Positions 60,718 through 64,000 of a stretch of 64,000 nucleotides of DNA are shown here, in pieces. The stretch is taken from positions 384,001-448,000 of the forward strand of contig OZ240215.1 in the NCBI GenBank assembly GCA_965197585.1, written 5' to 3'. Below the pieces are notes generated by a model. The model was not told where the DNA came from and did no database searches. It saw only the letters and a program-made list of their open reading frames with translations. The position numbers and the translations under genes were made by a program. The stretch's first letter is position 1; each line of letters starts with the position of its first letter. Source of the DNA: Dehalococcoidia bacterium. Lineage in GTDB: Bacteria > Chloroflexota > Dehalococcoidia > Plut-88900.

Positions 60718-62367
60718 ATGACAAACCATAGGGGAAATGGCACAGGTGAGTGGGATGCCATCGTAGTTGGTGGTGGACACAACGGATTGGTCTGCGCCGC
60801 CTATATGGGCAAGGCGGGCCTCCGAGTCCTGGTGCTCGAGTCCCGTGAGGTCTTCGGTGGTCCCAGCGGCAGCTTCGAGTTCATGCCCGGCTACACCGCC
60901 AGCTTTTCCAACTCTCCCGGCTCCCTGGAGACCCGGGTGGTTGAGGAATTGGACCTGCCCGGCGCCGGACTTCGATTCCTACGCTCCGACCCTACCGTGA
61001 TCCAGTTCTTCCCCGAACAACCTTTCGTAGTATGGCGTGACATGGCACGGGTCTGCGCTCAGTTGGACGCCCTGTGCCCCGGTGAAGGGAACCGCTATCG
61101 GGGGTTTGTCGCCAAGCTGGAGGACTTCGCCACCCGGCTCAGGACGTCGATATTCAAGCCAGCGCCCGGCCTGGCTTATATGGCCGCTGGCCTCACCACC
61201 GAAGAAGACCGGGACACGTTCGAGCAGGTCTTTCACGGCAGCCTGAGCGAGATTCTCTATAGACACCTGAGGACCAACGAGGCCCGGACCCTGCTCGGTC
61301 TGCTCGCCTCCAACTCCGGAATGGTTCCGCAGTCTGCGCCCGGTACTGCGACGGGCCTGATTCTTCGTCCTTTGGCCTTGGCGTCTGCAGCCTCCCTTCC
61401 CAGCGACGACTTCCGACGGATGCCCTTGAGGGGATCTACGGGTCACCCAATTGGGGGCATGGGCGCGATCATTGACTCGATAACGGCCCGGTGTCGGGGC
61501 TTCGGGGGCACACTCAAGCTGAAGACACGGGTGGCGAGGATACTTCACAGCGGAGGCCAAGCCCGTGGAGTCGAGTGCGAAGATGGCGCGATCTACAAGG
61601 CGCCTATCGTCGTATCAGCAATTAACCCGAAGACTCTGTTCGGCAAGCTTCTTGACGACGAGGCGGTCGGGTGGACGATGCGTGAAGAAGTGCAACGGGT
61701 CCCGATGCGCGGGGCGGCCTTTAAAATGGCCTTGGCCCTGGACGGAATTCCCACCTATGCCAACCTCCCCGATGACCTCACACAGGAGCAGGCTTCCACC
61801 TGCCAGGTCAGAGTGGCCGCTTCGATGGAACACATAGAGGAGTCGACGGTCGGGGCCATAGCAGGCTACCCCTCGGAAACACCGATAATCTGGGGTCTGA
61901 TTCCCTCCGTAGTTTCGCCGGAACTTACGCCTCCGGGCAAACACATTATGAGTTGGAACATCTGGCATGCGCCCTACGACTTGGCGGAAGGGAGTTGGGA
62001 CGAGGAGAAGGACAAGTTTGCCAAGCGGTGTATAGAAACCGTGTCCAGGTACATGCCCGACCTACCCGACCACATCATCGACTACCGTAGCTTTAGCCCA
62101 GTGGACTGCGAGGCTGAGCTTGGCATCATAGGCTCCAACATCACCCACGGGGAGATGCTGCCTCACAACCTGTTCGGCCCGAGACCACATCGGCTAGCCA
62201 ATGACTATCGGACACCACTGAGAGGGCTATATCTCACGGGTGGTGGAGTCTGGCCGGGAGGATTCGTGACTGGAGTGCCGGGCCGTAACACCAGCCAGGC
62301 AGTCCTGGCCGATCTTCAAGTTTACCGGGAATCGGCAGCGCCTGTTATGGAAGCCGTGTACAGCTAG
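60718..62367 (+). CDS. Phytoene-desaturase-like FAD-dependent oxidoreductase
   Basis: VVGGGHNGLVCAAY, GGMGAI, YRTPLRGLYLTGGGVWPGG. Confidence 0.9.
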   Translation: MTNHRGNGTGEWDAIVVGGGHNGLVCAAYMGKAGLRVLVLESREVFGGPSGSFEFMPGYTASFSNSPGSLETRVVEELDLPGAGLRFLRSDPTVIQFFPEQPFVVWRDMARVCAQLDALCPGEGNRYRGFVAKLEDFATRLRTSIFKPAPGLAYMAAGLTTEEDRDTFEQVFHGSLSEILYRHLRTNEARTLLGLLASNSGMVPQSAPGTATGLILRPLALASAASLPSDDFRRMPLRGSTGHPIGGMGAIIDSITARCRGFGGTLKLKTRVARILHSGGQARGVECEDGAIYKAPIVVSAINPKTLFGKLLDDEAVGWTMREEVQRVPMRGAAFKMALALDGIPTYANLPDDLTQEQASTCQVRVAASMEHIEESTVGAIAGYPSETPIIWGLIPSVVSPELTPPGKHIMSWNIWHAPYDLAEGSWDEEKDKFAKRCIETVSRYMPDLPDHIIDYRSFSPVDCEAELGIIGSNITHGEMLPHNLFGPRPHRLANDYRTPLRGLYLTGGGVWPGGFVTGVPGRNTSQAVLADLQVYRESAAPVMEAVYS

Positions 62368-62481
62368 GGCACCCGTTTCGTACACGCGAACGTAGGCCCG
62401 AATCCGTAATCTCGTCCTCGGTTGACGGGCTTCTTTACAATAGTCGGCATTGCGGTAAACTTGCGGCGCGCTTTCCTTAAT

Positions 62482-62572
<91 letters not shown>

Positions 62573-62731
62573 CTAACTTCTTTTTCATTGGCCGCCGTTT
62601 TCCCGTTTTATGCTTGCTTCGTAGCTAACTAACACTTCTCAAGTGCTCGTTTAGGCCGTCTATTTCCTTTGGTATCTCTCATTAAGTGTGGTAACACCTG
62701 TGGGAACATTCTGAGATGAATTGGGACTTCG

Positions 62732-63928
62732 ATGACTCTTTCAGCAACAAAAGTGAAAGCCCTCAGGGAACCGGGGCGTTATTCCGATGGCGGTGGTCTC
62801 CACCTCTTCATCAGCAAAGCGGGACGAAAGTCTTGGGTGCTGCGTATCACGGTTGATGGGCGCCGGCGCGATATCGGGCTGGGCGGATACCCGACCGTAA
62901 GCCTGGCCCGAGCTCGCGAGAAGGCGGCTGACTACCGGGCCACCATTGCTGATGGGCGGGATCCCGTGGCCGAAAAGCGCGCCCCTGCGATGCCAACCTT
63001 GAAGGAAGCCGCCTATGCCGTCCACGAGGCTAACAAACCCCGCTGGCGCAATCCCAGGCACATGGCGGGCTGGATTCAGACCTTGGAACGTCATGCGATG
63101 CCGGTCCTGGGGAACACTCCCTTGGACCGTATAGATCGCGGAGACGTACTGCGTGTGCTGACCCCCATTTGGACGAGCCGGCCGGAGACGGCCCGCCGAG
63201 TGCGGCAGAGGATGAGGACCATCTTCCGGTGGGCAATGGCTCACGGTTTCATGGAGTCCAACCCGGCGGGTGAAGCCATCGATGGCGCCCTTCCTCCCAT
63301 GCCGAAGGTGAAGGCTCATTTCAGGGCCCTGCCCTATCAGGAAGTCAGCTCGGCCCTTGAGACTGTTGCAGCCTCCCAGGCCTCGATGTCCGCCAAGCTG
63401 TGCTTCCGGTTCCTAGTCCTCACCGCGTCCCGCTCCGGTGAGGCCAGGGGCGCAACCTGGGACGAGATCGACCTCAAAGACCGGGTGTGGAGGATTCCCT
63501 CTGAGCGGATGAAGGCGGGCGTGGAACACCGGGTGCCTCTTAGTGACCAAGCCCTCGAAGTTCTTGGCGAAGCATCTGTCCTGCGGGAGGATTCAGGACT
63601 GGTGTTCCCTTCACCTCTGAAACAGGGAGCTACCATGTCTGACATGACGCTGACCAAGGTTCTCCGTTCCGTCGGCCTGGCGGAGCAAGCCACTGTCCAC
63701 GGATTCCGCAGCAGCTTCAAGAACTGGGCACTGGAGCAGACGGACACCCCCTGGGTCGTATCCGAGGCTGCCCTTGCCCACAGCCTGGGCAATTCCACAG
63801 AGCAGGCATATGCCAGGTCCGACCTCTTCGAGCGCCGTCGCACTCTCATGCAGCAGTGGGCGGACTATCTGGCCGGCAAATCTTACCGGAGCTGGAACGG
63901 CCACTCCCAGCTCGTACTCCAGTCCTAA
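62732..63928 (+). CDS. P4-like tyrosine integrase at the start of another island
   Basis: PGRYSDGGGLHL, TASRSGE, HGFRSSF, LAHSLG, AYARSDLFERR; directly downstream of tRNA-Ser. Confidence 0.95.
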   Translation: MTLSATKVKALREPGRYSDGGGLHLFISKAGRKSWVLRITVDGRRRDIGLGGYPTVSLARAREKAADYRATIADGRDPVAEKRAPAMPTLKEAAYAVHEANKPRWRNPRHMAGWIQTLERHAMPVLGNTPLDRIDRGDVLRVLTPIWTSRPETARRVRQRMRTIFRWAMAHGFMESNPAGEAIDGALPPMPKVKAHFRALPYQEVSSALETVAASQASMSAKLCFRFLVLTASRSGEARGATWDEIDLKDRVWRIPSERMKAGVEHRVPLSDQALEVLGEASVLREDSGLVFPSPLKQGATMSDMTLTKVLRSVGLAEQATVHGFRSSFKNWALEQTDTPWVVSEAALAHSLGNSTEQAYARSDLFERRRTLMQQWADYLAGKSYRSWNGHSQLVLQS

Positions 63929-64000
63929 CCGCTACAACAAGGCGGCGCTGGTCCTGTCGAACTCTCCCCTAGCCACCGGTCGAGACTCCACCCATGCCCT

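Overview
GC-rich bacterial chromosome segment. The gene content (expanded amidohydrolases, F420-dependent LLM/PPOX/DDN enzymes, GAAC-N4-GTTC type SOS boxes) suggests Chloroflexota, Dehalococcoidia/SAR202-like, and the eukaryote-like LRR and cadherin/FN3 proteins suggest a host such as a sponge; both are inferences. Layout: (1) 1-1.6 kb REP-rich spacer with a LexA-boxed, start-less element; (2) catabolic operon of a phytoene-desaturase-like flavoprotein, three amidohydrolases and a PPOX protein; (3) core genes selA-Smr-rarA, LLM, ltaE, a UGA-interrupted hydrolase, a licD/cytidylyltransferase cassette between two lspA 5' ends, lspA-rluD, a split or frameshifted gltX and tRNA-Gln; (4) about 36 kb of layered accessory DNA between convergent tRNA-Gln(CTG) and tRNA-Arg(CCG), holding hicAB, a giant repeat adhesin, an LprG/P55-like pair, an MMPL transporter, decayed P450 and Rieske genes, typA plus a Zn-ribbon DEAD helicase, and a 12.7-kb att-bounded integrative element carrying imuB-dnaE2-SRAP, an LRR lipoprotein and a decayed tRNA-Val; (5) antiporter, glmU, corC, amidohydrolase and flavoprotein, then tRNA-Ser(CGA) and the integrase of another island. 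No CRISPR array or rRNA was seen. All assignments come from reading motifs by eye; no database search was run.
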